Source: Botryllus schlosseri
Taxonomy: Eukaryota
Length of the DNA stretch: 64,000 nt
Reading direction: 5' to 3'
Assembly: GCA_051294905.1 (NCBI GenBank)
Contig: CM119382.1
Span: forward strand, 7,378,001 to 7,442,000
The notes beneath the pieces are model-generated. The model did no database searches. It was not told the origin of the DNA and saw only the letters and a list, made by a program, of their open reading frames with translations. This document shows, piece after piece, positions 45,501 through 54,415 of the stretch; position 1 is the stretch's first letter, and every line of letters starts with the position of its first letter. Both the position numbers and the translations under genes were made by a program.

Positions 45501-47277
45501 CAAAATCGGAATCTTCTTCCCGGTCGGCCTCGTACGGGGAGGTAGGAGTTGCACTGGCCGTACTAATTCGAGTACGGGGCGTAATTGGTGGCGGCAGCGG
45601 TTCTGCAACGGTCGTGACAGAATACGTAGCGTGAGGAATATACAACATTTTTCCTTGGCACAACAGGACCTTGTAGGCCGTCCTGGGTTTGAATAGTTTC
45701 AGCTCGAATTGGCGTGCTTCCCGCAACTTTTGTGTGGCCATAATATTTAGTAAAGCCATATTCACCTTATCGCGCTGTTTCTCACGAGTCTGGTTTACCC
45801 TGAGAGCCCATTGGAAAGGCAGAACTTCCACCGGTGTCAACGATTGATTCCAACCCGCACGATTTTCCCGCATCTTCGTTAGCGGAGCGGCTGCTTCCTT
45901 TAGAATTTGTCGTGTCTTCGTAACATAGAACAACCTCAGACGAGACAGCCAACCCTTTATGCCTTTCTCTCCTTGTTCCGACTCCATAGTGGTCGATGAC
46001 AACATGAGGGTCCCCTCTAACCAGTTGCAAGGAGGTTGTCCCGAGGACCAACCCTGAGGCATTGTCGCCTGGTTGCCAGTTTCCAACGCTGCTGCGCGTA
46101 TTCGGCCGAAACGGTGGTCTGCAAACACAGGTTGATTCCCATAGGGGTCGTACGTCACTTCCCCGGACATTAGAGTCACTTTTAGATTTCCTACTGCATT
46201 TCGGCATTTCTTTTTGTTCTTCTTCCGTTTACATCGCCGGCTGCCCTGCAGTAGGGTGGGAAAGTTTTTGTCATCGTTCAGTGTTTTGGCGTCCCTATTT
46301 AGGAACCTGATGAGCGCGTGAATCTTCCGTCTGTACCGGCCATGGCCATCGAAATTCACGGGCCTATCTCTAGGACCCGTCTTGTTTCGAGCTCGCAGCC
46401 AAACTAGGTCACCTTCCAACAGAGGCACTGGGACACCGCCCGGCCATTGGTTGTACGAGTCGGTCAGCTGTATGTCTGCATCAGTACCTCTAATACTGTC
46501 GTCGATTTCAAGAATCACGATATCCCGTCCTAGGGTATTGGCGATGAAACGGCGTCCAGCAATCGTGCATTCCACACACATCATTCCGCGAGATTCGGAG
46601 TTCGCACAGGTCTGAAACCGGTGCGTTTTAACTATCCATCCTTCAACCCCGTCCGAGCGAAACTCGCACGTCGATCTCACCGTCGCGTATTGTGCCAACA
46701 TATTCATAACTAATATTTTAAATACCGTTAGCACTTGTCGCATTCCAGGGTCGAGTGGGAAGGGTTGACCCGGAGTTTTTTCATGCTCCCAGGTGTGTAT
46801 TAATCCGAAGCTTTTATTGCGATGGTACGTGGTGTTCCCGAACAAAGCCCGCAAGGAGAGGTTCGGTAAGATTCCGGACATATTTCGATCACATCCACAT
46901 GCTCGTTCGTATTTACGCGCTGAGTCCCAATACCGAGCTCCGTGATTCAAATCTGCCAGTAATTTGTACAGTCGGCTACGGCCTGCTCGCATCTGCCCAA
47001 AGGTGGGTGATTCGACAAGTATCGGGAATCTCCGCAACGCCAAGCCTTCCGGCCATTTTCCAGATAGTCGAAACAGTTGATTCAGGCTTACTGTCCTCTG
47101 AACCTGGTCCTCCAGGAGCGTCCATCCCGTAAGGTTGAAATTTTCCATGTTTTCCGCGTGCATGACAGATAAGGGGAGTAGGGCTTCGTTGGTCTGGGGT
47201 TTCACGAGGCTCACACATATGACCATCAACAGGGTCTGCTCGGGCCCGCATCCATTCGGGTAGGTAGTTATCCGCAT
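42583..47277 (-). CDS. 1564-aa type I membrane glycoprotein: Env-SU-like N-terminal domain, Thr/Ser/Pro mucin stalk, TM, basic tail
   Basis: RYWDSARKYERACGCDR...PNLS is shared with the upstream Env. About 900 aa are T/S/P-rich. TM YSIVVAMGLVAVIVFLWIAGM. Confidence 0.85.
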   Translation of the reverse strand: MRITTYPNGCGPEQTLLMVICVSLVKPQTNEALLPLSVMHAENMENFNLTGWTLLEDQVQRTVSLNQLFRLSGKWPEGLALRRFPILVESPTFGQMRAGRSRLYKLLADLNHGARYWDSARKYERACGCDRNMSGILPNLSLRALFGNTTYHRNKSFGLIHTWEHEKTPGQPFPLDPGMRQVLTVFKILVMNMLAQYATVRSTCEFRSDGVEGWIVKTHRFQTCANSESRGMMCVECTIAGRRFIANTLGRDIVILEIDDSIRGTDADIQLTDSYNQWPGGVPVPLLEGDLVWLRARNKTGPRDRPVNFDGHGRYRRKIHALIRFLNRDAKTLNDDKNFPTLLQGSRRCKRKKNKKKCRNAVGNLKVTLMSGEVTYDPYGNQPVFADHRFGRIRAAALETGNQATMPQGWSSGQPPCNWLEGTLMLSSTTMESEQGEKGIKGWLSRLRLFYVTKTRQILKEAAAPLTKMRENRAGWNQSLTPVEVLPFQWALRVNQTREKQRDKVNMALLNIMATQKLREARQFELKLFKPRTAYKVLLCQGKMLYIPHATYSVTTVAEPLPPPITPRTRISTASATPTSPYEADREEDSDFAYDEDYYEYAYDYNNSWYESAYNESGYGDYYSDEYSAVALGETSDRLLVHRSTIATTRGTQPTFLSSSGVSTIAQETSVKITTPVRVPVSSTTGFESTNHRLATRSGTWPTHVSTTEILMTTQSQTPAAPGPFTTQQTSPVTTASSWTGDTLQTDSRPTSGSTTTSPPTVANQTSAEFFTGTSDVSVVPKMSATLTKMTTWETTKVTLLPETTHQTRIPVASERSTVETTVFEPATITDATMNSFEPGTSITTTTIPTTAPATAPRTTEGTYWLPTTVVTTENTVFPDTTTYLATTRLRYSEITSKQTPRTPLLDQETAFAAVEASTEGPTTSIPPMSTTEALITTTPTAIFSVASLKLAQVDSTMKTEGIKFTSTPRDTTADSVGYTKRVETTTASMATTGSPAAAGAPVTFGRTPTGPSPGTADAPAVSEMSTNPTRTTTQATTKVTTPRDTTLQTSIPVSTEQSTIVTTLAEYTTSTTAASSAAAATATPSPRDPESGKGGTTVTLSVTTPVRPTSARMMETTRIAGAAENAERWTTDSVTFLSIRTGTPATQGQTTATTAKTVTPNLYLTAERVDTVRPTKGFFGTLSNLQGGAGASVHRRFSLTKPTRSEITTRLHWDLSATGPKQPTEATIPESPTTIAISRAMTDEVRSLESSTTGPGITTRLLTTGRIAPRSTHDLVTTIASTTPEATTMTNPVITSVESTSDGAMSKATPGDTVFMITGEQLLSTEQLVGTLLASVTNAVATESVLSNIGSYAVASSTLSSTTTPAGTTPIAVPIIPRVSTTMGAATAVSTRFLATTQAQASERRVRPTSPFRTSWVAGPTTTDTVSRSGQVTRGMAGPFSNLTRAPRAQDSGKPSQDGFGYYDRLKELLQMEEQYSVRHIFSPTIDTGGGIVKRGPNTQYSIVVAMGLVAVIVFLWIAGMKYGKNRSMGQVKKVQRRNNEQVWTAMTTMTTLAEGPNLKPKK

Positions 47278-47358
47278 ACTTAGTTTAAGCTAGTAATCTG
47301 TCGTACACAAAATCAAATGTCAGTCCGAGTCGAAGTCTGGGGTCCTGGGGATAGTCGA

Positions 47359-49941
47359 TTACTGTCGTATTATGGGTCTGCGCTGTTTGGTGTAAACGGG
47401 TGCGGACGTGATGAACATTGTTAATTGGGTACCAGTGTTTCGCTTCTGCACCCTTGATTTTAACTTAGGGCAGCATACGCTGTGATACCTAAAGCAGCAG
47501 AACAGGATGATTCCTGCCCCCAGAATGAGGGCCACGGGAAGTAGAATGGAACCCAAACCAGAGAACAGACCGCCCAATCCTTTTCCAAGTATGTCACCGA
47601 CTGCCCCGAGCCCCTTATGTAGCAAGGTTCCCGCGCCCTTCCCGACAGATTCTATAACACCTCCGGCTCCGTTCGCCATTTCTTCTATAGTTTTTCCGAA
47701 GTTCTTCATGAACTCCTCTCCCCCAGCAAACTCGAAGGGTTTCACTGACACGTTTTCATAGCGCCAGTCCGACATATTCATGTACACACTTTTATTGAGA
47801 TCTTCCCTCCATACCTGTATACCGAGATCCACTTCCTGTTGAGCCTGGTCCAGACGGAGCCGATTCGCCCGGAGTTTGTAGCCGATGTCATCCGTCTCAT
47901 TTACATAAGCATCTCTATAGGCGGTAAGCTGCTGAGCGTATTCCTGTACGCGCAACGTCCCCTGTTGAATTTGTGTCCGGTAAATTTTGCTCGCATCAAA
48001 AATCGACCTGCCCGTCAGATTGGTCAATTCTCTCATGACCAATCGATCGATGGCGAGTTCGGCTTCACTTTTTTCTTTAAAATTCTGAAACTGTGAGAGG
48101 GTCGCGGTGGCCTGTCGCAGTATCATTTGTCGGTTTCTTTCCATCATCCGTTGCATCCACACAAGCCGCTTATCAGTCAGTGATGCCCTGGCCTCCATGT
48201 TTGCGATCAACCGGTCCAGTTTGGTTTGTTGTGCCACCTGAAGCTGGGATAGCTCGTTTATTTTTATACCCAGTTCGGTTGATCGCTCCGTAGCCTGGAT
48301 CATCCTGTCATTGATTTGGTTACCTAGGTCTTCAGTCTCCTTGTGTAGTTTATCAGCAACAGTAGCCACCACGGCAATGGTGGCAATGGTGGCAAACAGA
48401 AGAAAGAGCAATCCGAAGAACCTTCTGTGCCTCTTCTTTTTAGTCAATCGTTGTCCGCGCCCCATTATGTCGCCCTTAATTTCTATCGGCCCTCCTGGAA
48501 AGCGTGGTCGGTTACGCTCCGGATCGAAGTGCACTTGGTTCCAAAAGGCAGCTTTCAATTCTGGACCCCCGACCGGATCATGACAGTGATTGTATCTTAT
48601 CCTTTCCACGCACATGGGATCACCGCTGAATAGAGAAGGATGCGCTCGCCATATTGGCAAAATGTTGGCAGGTGCCGGGGGCCTTGTAGCAAAATCGTCG
48701 AAAAAATCGTCCCAATTGCGACCTTGTTCGTCTTTGCCTTCCCAGTTTGGAAACGATGCCTGGATCCACCGTACCCTCCGAGGGAAATTCGTGGTTGGTA
48801 AATCCCCCCATCTACTGGTGTTTGCGGTCGGCCATAGGTTGCAGGAAGGAGGATGCGTAATACTCCGTATGCCATTCCGAGCAGGCGAGGACTGAAAGAC
48901 CCTCCAAAGGTATTCGTAATGTTCCTGGGTGATCAATCCCGCCATAGCACGGCAGTTCTGCATGGGCTGATACCGTCTTTCGAACGGGGAATCCGCACGG
49001 ATAGTATCCAGTTCCTGTATCACTATATCGGCCTGACTCGGCTCCAGGGCAGAGACGACCCCCGCAACGTCGCAGAAGACGCACGTGCCCTGAGAGCCAG
49101 ACGCCGTTGAGGATATCAGTTTTTTTATCCTCGCGCCGGTCTTCTGATCATAGGAAACGGACCAGGCATTATAGTAGGTTATATGATTCCGCCAGCAATG
49201 CGCAATGCGGGTGCTGCTGGCATTATATCTATTCAGTCGATTGACTCGGGTCCAGTTCCAGGTTTCTTCTGTCATTTGTTCTGTTCGACAGGTCGACCGA
49301 ACTGCTGAGAATTTCGCGAAGGTTCGCAACATGATCAATTTGAATTTGGTCATGGCCATCAAGGTATCGTTCACGTGAGACCACTCATCAACAGAAGAAC
49401 TAAGTGGGGGGTCCCACCTATTCCAGGTGTCTTCCCAGGTTTCGTCCCAAAACCATTGTAATCTGACTTTGTGTCCGATTGGTCGCACAAACAAGTTCTC
49501 CTGATTCAAAACCGCAAAGGAAAGGTTCGGCGAGATACGTCCCAGCCCGCGGTCGCACAGACAGGCCCTTTCAAAATCGCGCACGCCAGTCCAATATCGT
49601 CCTCGCGGAAACGCCATTTGTTGCAACGAGATTCGCTCAGCCACCACGTAGCCAAAAGATTGACTATGAAATAATTCCGGTCGTCTGTACACGTGTCGCT
49701 CCCTTGTCCCATTGAACATGGTCATCAGATCATAGTTCTCCCAATGCGTAGCATTGAGTTCAACCCAGTCTTCGGGCAGGGAACCATTCAGTTCACCCAG
49801 TTTACCTTGGGTAAAGGTCCGTCCTCTATCCGTTACAGCAACTGCGGATCCCTGCACGCCGACCGCCGTCGCAGGCAACAGGCTATGAGGTGGGCAAATG
49901 ATACCAACAATGATAGGAAGAATATAAGCAGCGTGGTCCAT
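47359..49941 (-). CDS. env: Envelope / class-I-like fusion glycoprotein (860 aa)
   Basis: Furin-type site KKRHRR followed by hydrophobic FFGLLFLLFATIATIAVVATVA. Long heptad-like region, Gly-rich membrane-proximal segment, TM ILLPVALILGAGIILFCCF, and several N-glycosylation sequons. Confidence 0.85.
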   Translation of the reverse strand: MDHAAYILPIIVGIICPPHSLLPATAVGVQGSAVAVTDRGRTFTQGKLGELNGSLPEDWVELNATHWENYDLMTMFNGTRERHVYRRPELFHSQSFGYVVAERISLQQMAFPRGRYWTGVRDFERACLCDRGLGRISPNLSFAVLNQENLFVRPIGHKVRLQWFWDETWEDTWNRWDPPLSSSVDEWSHVNDTLMAMTKFKLIMLRTFAKFSAVRSTCRTEQMTEETWNWTRVNRLNRYNASSTRIAHCWRNHITYYNAWSVSYDQKTGARIKKLISSTASGSQGTCVFCDVAGVVSALEPSQADIVIQELDTIRADSPFERRYQPMQNCRAMAGLITQEHYEYLWRVFQSSPARNGIRSITHPPSCNLWPTANTSRWGDLPTTNFPRRVRWIQASFPNWEGKDEQGRNWDDFFDDFATRPPAPANILPIWRAHPSLFSGDPMCVERIRYNHCHDPVGGPELKAAFWNQVHFDPERNRPRFPGGPIEIKGDIMGRGQRLTKKKRHRRFFGLLFLLFATIATIAVVATVADKLHKETEDLGNQINDRMIQATERSTELGIKINELSQLQVAQQTKLDRLIANMEARASLTDKRLVWMQRMMERNRQMILRQATATLSQFQNFKEKSEAELAIDRLVMRELTNLTGRSIFDASKIYRTQIQQGTLRVQEYAQQLTAYRDAYVNETDDIGYKLRANRLRLDQAQQEVDLGIQVWREDLNKSVYMNMSDWRYENVSVKPFEFAGGEEFMKNFGKTIEEMANGAGGVIESVGKGAGTLLHKGLGAVGDILGKGLGGLFSGLGSILLPVALILGAGIILFCCFRYHSVCCPKLKSRVQKRNTGTQLTMFITSAPVYTKQRRPIIRQ

Positions 49942-50062
49942 TGGGGCGGAATAGGAGGCTCAGGCCACTGCATAAGCTAGTTAGTATTTTACGAAAGTGT
50001 TCGGTTTATTGTCTGAAAAACACAAACAAAAGCGACTTTTTATGTCAGGCCAAGGGTTACGA

Positions 50063-51079
50063 CTAAAGCTTCACGGGGCACGCGTCGTACTTGTCAAAAC
50101 CGTACCGTGGGTCTCTATTTATGGTCCGCAGTAATTCCAGAAACCTGTCACGTTTCTGGTGTTGTCTTTTCCAAAGCCACTCCCCCACATAATCCGCCAA
50201 AAGGTGGCGTGCTAAGCCTCGGGACCGATGTAAATGGTACTTCAGCGAGCTCCAACATGCCTCCACGTCGTTAGTACAGACACCCTCGGGGCTTTTGAAG
50301 GCCGAGCTATGATCCACGATGCCATGCTTGTAGTCTCGTCCCCAGCTCTCTATTCCTTTATAAGAGGGGTAGGCATCGGTCAAAATCGTAGATCCACTGG
50401 CAACGTTGTCCACAATGAGTTGCTGAAACACCGCCGCCGTTCGATCAGCGGTTATTTCCACAAACATCTTCCCCGTCGCCTTGTCCACTCCTCCGAAAGC
50501 CCATATGGCTTTAATTGCCGGCTTGCCGGATGTAGCGGCTCGTCGTTTTGCCAAGTGAGTCTCGTCTAGGATAACACAACCTCCGACGCCTCCCAAGGGG
50601 CTTTTACTTCGCTGGAATTCAGCCGCGCAGATCTTCCGCAGTCGGCCACACCATATAACCACCGAACGCTTGCTGATTTCGGCTTCGTGGCCTATCTGAG
50701 TCTGTAGGGCGTCGTGGGCCCAAAAGTAGCACAATATTAATAATTTCGGGAGTTCTACCTTGCTACCCGCGAACAGCGAATGTTTGCGTATGGTCGCCGT
50801 AGTATTGCAAGGATTACACCTCCATCTCCAGCCATCGTCCATCGTTGTAGTCGTTTCTTCCTTCATTACCCGCTCACATTTACGGCACTTCATCTTTCGT
50901 ACCAACAGCCCATGATCTCTCATAAATAGTATGCAGTCGCGCACGTCTCGTAGTGCTCCCGACTCGACCAGGCGTAGTACGTTGTATGTCCTGCTTCGTT
51001 GACCTGCAGAAGTGGAATGATACGGTGTTCGTGGGTCGTAGGTTTGCGAGGAACCGCCTTTTTCTCGGCCGCGCTTCAC
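50063..51079 (-). CDS. IS1595/ISXO2-family (eukaryotic Merlin-type) DDE transposase
   Basis: Zn ribbon CRKC...CNPC, IRKHSLF, LDETHL, WAFGGVD, TDAYPSY, VDHS, TNDVEACWS. The reading frame is intact. Confidence 0.92.
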   Translation of the reverse strand: MKRGREKGGSSQTYDPRTPYHSTSAGQRSRTYNVLRLVESGALRDVRDCILFMRDHGLLVRKMKCRKCERVMKEETTTTMDDGWRWRCNPCNTTATIRKHSLFAGSKVELPKLLILCYFWAHDALQTQIGHEAEISKRSVVIWCGRLRKICAAEFQRSKSPLGGVGGCVILDETHLAKRRAATSGKPAIKAIWAFGGVDKATGKMFVEITADRTAAVFQQLIVDNVASGSTILTDAYPSYKGIESWGRDYKHGIVDHSSAFKSPEGVCTNDVEACWSSLKYHLHRSRGLARHLLADYVGEWLWKRQHQKRDRFLELLRTINRDPRYGFDKYDACPVKL

Positions 51080-52227
51080 TAATCAATTCTCTCTTATTTG
51101 TCCCCGTGCTATAGCTAGGTCAGGGTGTTTAATTCACTTGTTCCATATGAGACCTAGTGAATCTAATGCCCATATTTCCGATGTTCAAGTACATCATTGT
51201 TCATTTACTGGTAAAACACTGCACACGCCGATGTTTTCATGTTTCACCTAGGTGCCGTGTAAGTCTACGGCGTTTACTTCACTTGTACCAAATCAGCAGT
51301 AAGCATCCGAGCATAGTACTGTTATACAATACACAGTGTGCACAGCAAAAATATGCAGCAAAGCAAGGACAATGAAGACGAACCAAGTGGAACAGTATTA
51401 CATCACAGCCAATGCAAATCATGGACCATGACAGTATTCTTCAACAACAACAACGACAACAGAGGAAGGTGTAGCAAGTGAAACAGTATTACATCACAGT
51501 CATTACAAATTATACCTATTTCAGTATTTTTCAACAAGAAAATTCAATTTTATATTAAACGTAATCCAACTGGCAAGTGCTACACTTTTGTAAAAGGTAA
51601 TCTGTATATGAAAAGTGTCGTAAGCGTTCGGAGTGAAGTGAAGGTGACTGTCCGTACCATCCCTAGAGTGAAGAACATACGATTACAGGCTATAACATGA
51701 AAACAGTTGAGACGCAAGTCCTGCACCGAGAATAGGAAACTATAATGTCAATAAAAATCAAAATATTATACTGCATGGAATTACGCAGGACCTTTAGTCG
51801 TAGGACAATCTAACGATGTACAGATTGGCAGAGATATGGTATTGTAGGCTACTTAATACCGGAATTGATTGGCGTACTTTGGCAAACGCAACTGTGAAAA
51901 GAAGCAATATGAAATGCAATGAAACGCAACATGTATGTGACAGTGAGTTTTGTGATTGATGGCAAGGCTTGACATGTATATAGGGCGTTAGGGCCGTCAA
52001 GACGTTGGAATATATGCATAGAATTTGAAAAGTTACGGGGCAAGCAATTGTGTAATACAAAGTAAAAATGCATAGACCAGCGTCAAAGATATCAAACACA
52101 GTTTCATCAGGATTGGTCTAAATCAATTCAGTTTTGTGGAAAAGAAAATGTTCAGCCCATGATTGAAAGAGAAAAGCAGGAATAAATATAGTAAGTAGCA
52201 AATACAGAATTCGAACACAAAAACTTC

Positions 52228-52421
52228 TCAAGCGCGGTAAATTTTCATTGATTCACAGACTGTAGTTTTACAAGCGAGACATTTTGTAATGTTTCCGGCG
52301 CATTCACTGCAGCAAACCACGTGACCGCATGGCAGAAACATCGTGTCTGATTTTTTGTCGCGGCATTTTCTGCAGGTCAGCGTTTCTTGCAGCTCCCTGA
52401 AACTTTTCAGAATACTTGAAT
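52228..52421 (-). CDS. Terminal exon of an IAP-type gene encoding a C-terminal RING finger
   Basis: LQETLTCRKCRDKKSDTMFLPCGHVVCCSECAGNITKCLACKTTVCESMKIYRA-stop, an IAP-like C3HC4 RING. Acceptor ttttacag at 52422. Confidence 0.88.
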
Positions 52422-52794
52422 CTGTAAAATGTACAAATATTGTATTTAATCCGAAATGCATGGAGGGATGATATAAATTATAAATCGATGTAATATATTT
52501 CAAGTTTGAATCAAAATATTGACCATAACAACAGGCCATTAGATTGATAATATTGGTCGTCAATTTCGGCTGTTATTTGAGTTGTTGTTGCTTTGCTTTG
52601 CATAATATTACGCCTATTACGATTGGTGCACATCGATATTGGGACATAACTTTGATTATGATGGAAAAAGTCGAGAAGCTGGAAATGTCTGATTTGATTT
52701 GGGTCAGCGAGTGCTATTGGAATCTGATTCGAAAACCGAACCCCGCTAGCTAGTCGCTGAGTCGGTTATTTTATGGAATGGTAAGATACTACCC

Positions 52795-53018
52795 AGGGTT
52801 GTAACCAAGTCACAAGGCACCGAGTCACAAGTCAATCTCAGTTTTATAGTTTTGACTCGAGTCAAGTCGAGTCATTTTCAATTCACCACCGAGTCAAGTC
52901 CGAGTCCAAGTCAGCGAAACATGGCTCGAGTCCGAGTCACAGTATTATGACTCGAGTCGAGTCCAAGTCATTGTGTTGACTGCTCAGATTCCTGTCAATG
53001 ACTTGGTAAACCCACCCT
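52795..53018. mobile_element. Small MITE-like element rich in GAGTC/GACTC motifs
   Basis: Imperfect TIRs AGGGTTGTAACCAAGTCA / TGACTTGGTAAACCCACCCT. No TSD was confirmed. Confidence 0.5.
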
Positions 53019-54415
53019 TAAAAACATTATTGGAAACAAATATCATTGCAGGCAAAACACAACCGTGTAGACGTCTTGCGACTGATCATCCATTTTGATG
53101 TGAATACAGCCCTACATACAATCCAAACATGATTTCTTAAACTTTCTTGCGTCACAGCTCGCTCGAATGTGATTCACTCACATATCTCCGCCATACTAAC
53201 AGATAATACGTTGCATTGACAAATACAAACTGCAGAAGTACTTGTGTTACAGATGAGAGAGCAATTCATAGACCTCTGTTGAGTGACCTTGCTACTTCAG
53301 GTCAGCCCTGTAGCTTGCATCAGAGTTCTATTTGCTCTGCATTTTCGAATATAACTCCTGATGCTGGTTTGAGCTTGAAATATGTGTCCAAATCCGCATC
53401 CCGTATCCAGCCATCGTCATTCGTTGACTCAATCCCAAATCAAGCATGATGTCGTCATCATTTTATTAAATTTTTTATCAAATCAATACACCACAAATTC
53501 TTTGACGGTCGCGTGACCGTTCGAAAAGTGTTAGAAATTCCACCTCAAATACAAAATACACATTCGAAATTCATCTTTGCAAAAACATAATCCAAATCCT
53601 ATCCAGATACAGAATAGGTTTCTGAAAACGTATTTTTATCAAATCCGCATGCAAGTCCGGTACACTCCGAATGAAATTATAATCGATTAATCGTAGACTC
53701 GTAGTCATCCAATAATCGTCATGAAATCAACCAGTGTTCCCTTTAAAGTTACGAGGTCGCTGTAGGTGACGCGGTAATCAATAACCAGAACCACAGACAG
53801 ACTATACGAGAGCGACTGAGGTCGATATGATTAAATCGGAATGGAATGCTAAAAACATAAATACACGAAAGGTTAGTATTGCCGAACGGTGACAAGGCAT
53901 TTTTGATAACTCGTATGCACATCGGCGATATGGCCCAATGGATGATACTGTTAGGTTACACGCCCCCAAAAGAGCCATATACGTTCGACAATAACATTGT
54001 CGTAACGAGGAATGTAGACATATCGCCGACCGAACTTGAGGCGTCTGCCGTGGCATCAGTTGCGGTTTGAGCGTGCTCGCGAGATGTAGGGTCTGAAATA
54101 TCTCGATGGAATGCGTATTCTTAGTGAGCATCGGTGACATGTGGACAGCTTTACAGGGCAAATCAGCGTGGATAGCAGAGACGAGTTGCAATAATTATTT
54201 CGATATATTATTTCATAATCACTCGGAAATTCTGCGCAAGGGGATGCGAAATGCGTAAGATGTGACTGACTTCTTCGATGATTAAGATTTGGTGTAAATA
54301 GGGTTTATATTCACCGAAAATTTATGAATGAAGGAATAATGCACAGACCTTGAGCTTGGCGTTGGTTATACTATGAAGAGTATGTCTTAAACAGAGTGAG
54401 GTGCGAGATAAGCAC

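Larger units (their letters stand above)
25930..51125 (-). mobile_element. Integrated, circularly permuted, enveloped LTR-type retroelement with an IS1595/Merlin transposase in place of integrase (boundaries approximate)
   Basis: Co-oriented long ORFs (transposase, two glycoproteins, accessory ORFs, gag, pol) around one central PPT-LTR-PBS unit. Coding regions are visibly GC-richer than the flanks. No terminal LTR or TSD was found by eye. Confidence 0.75.

Noticed and set aside
51161-51178. GGCATTAG... as a Merlin/IS1595-like right TIR with TSD CATATTTC
   Set aside because: No matching left TIR or TSD near the pol end. GGCATTAG at ~23897 and CATATTTC at 24165 do not occur together.
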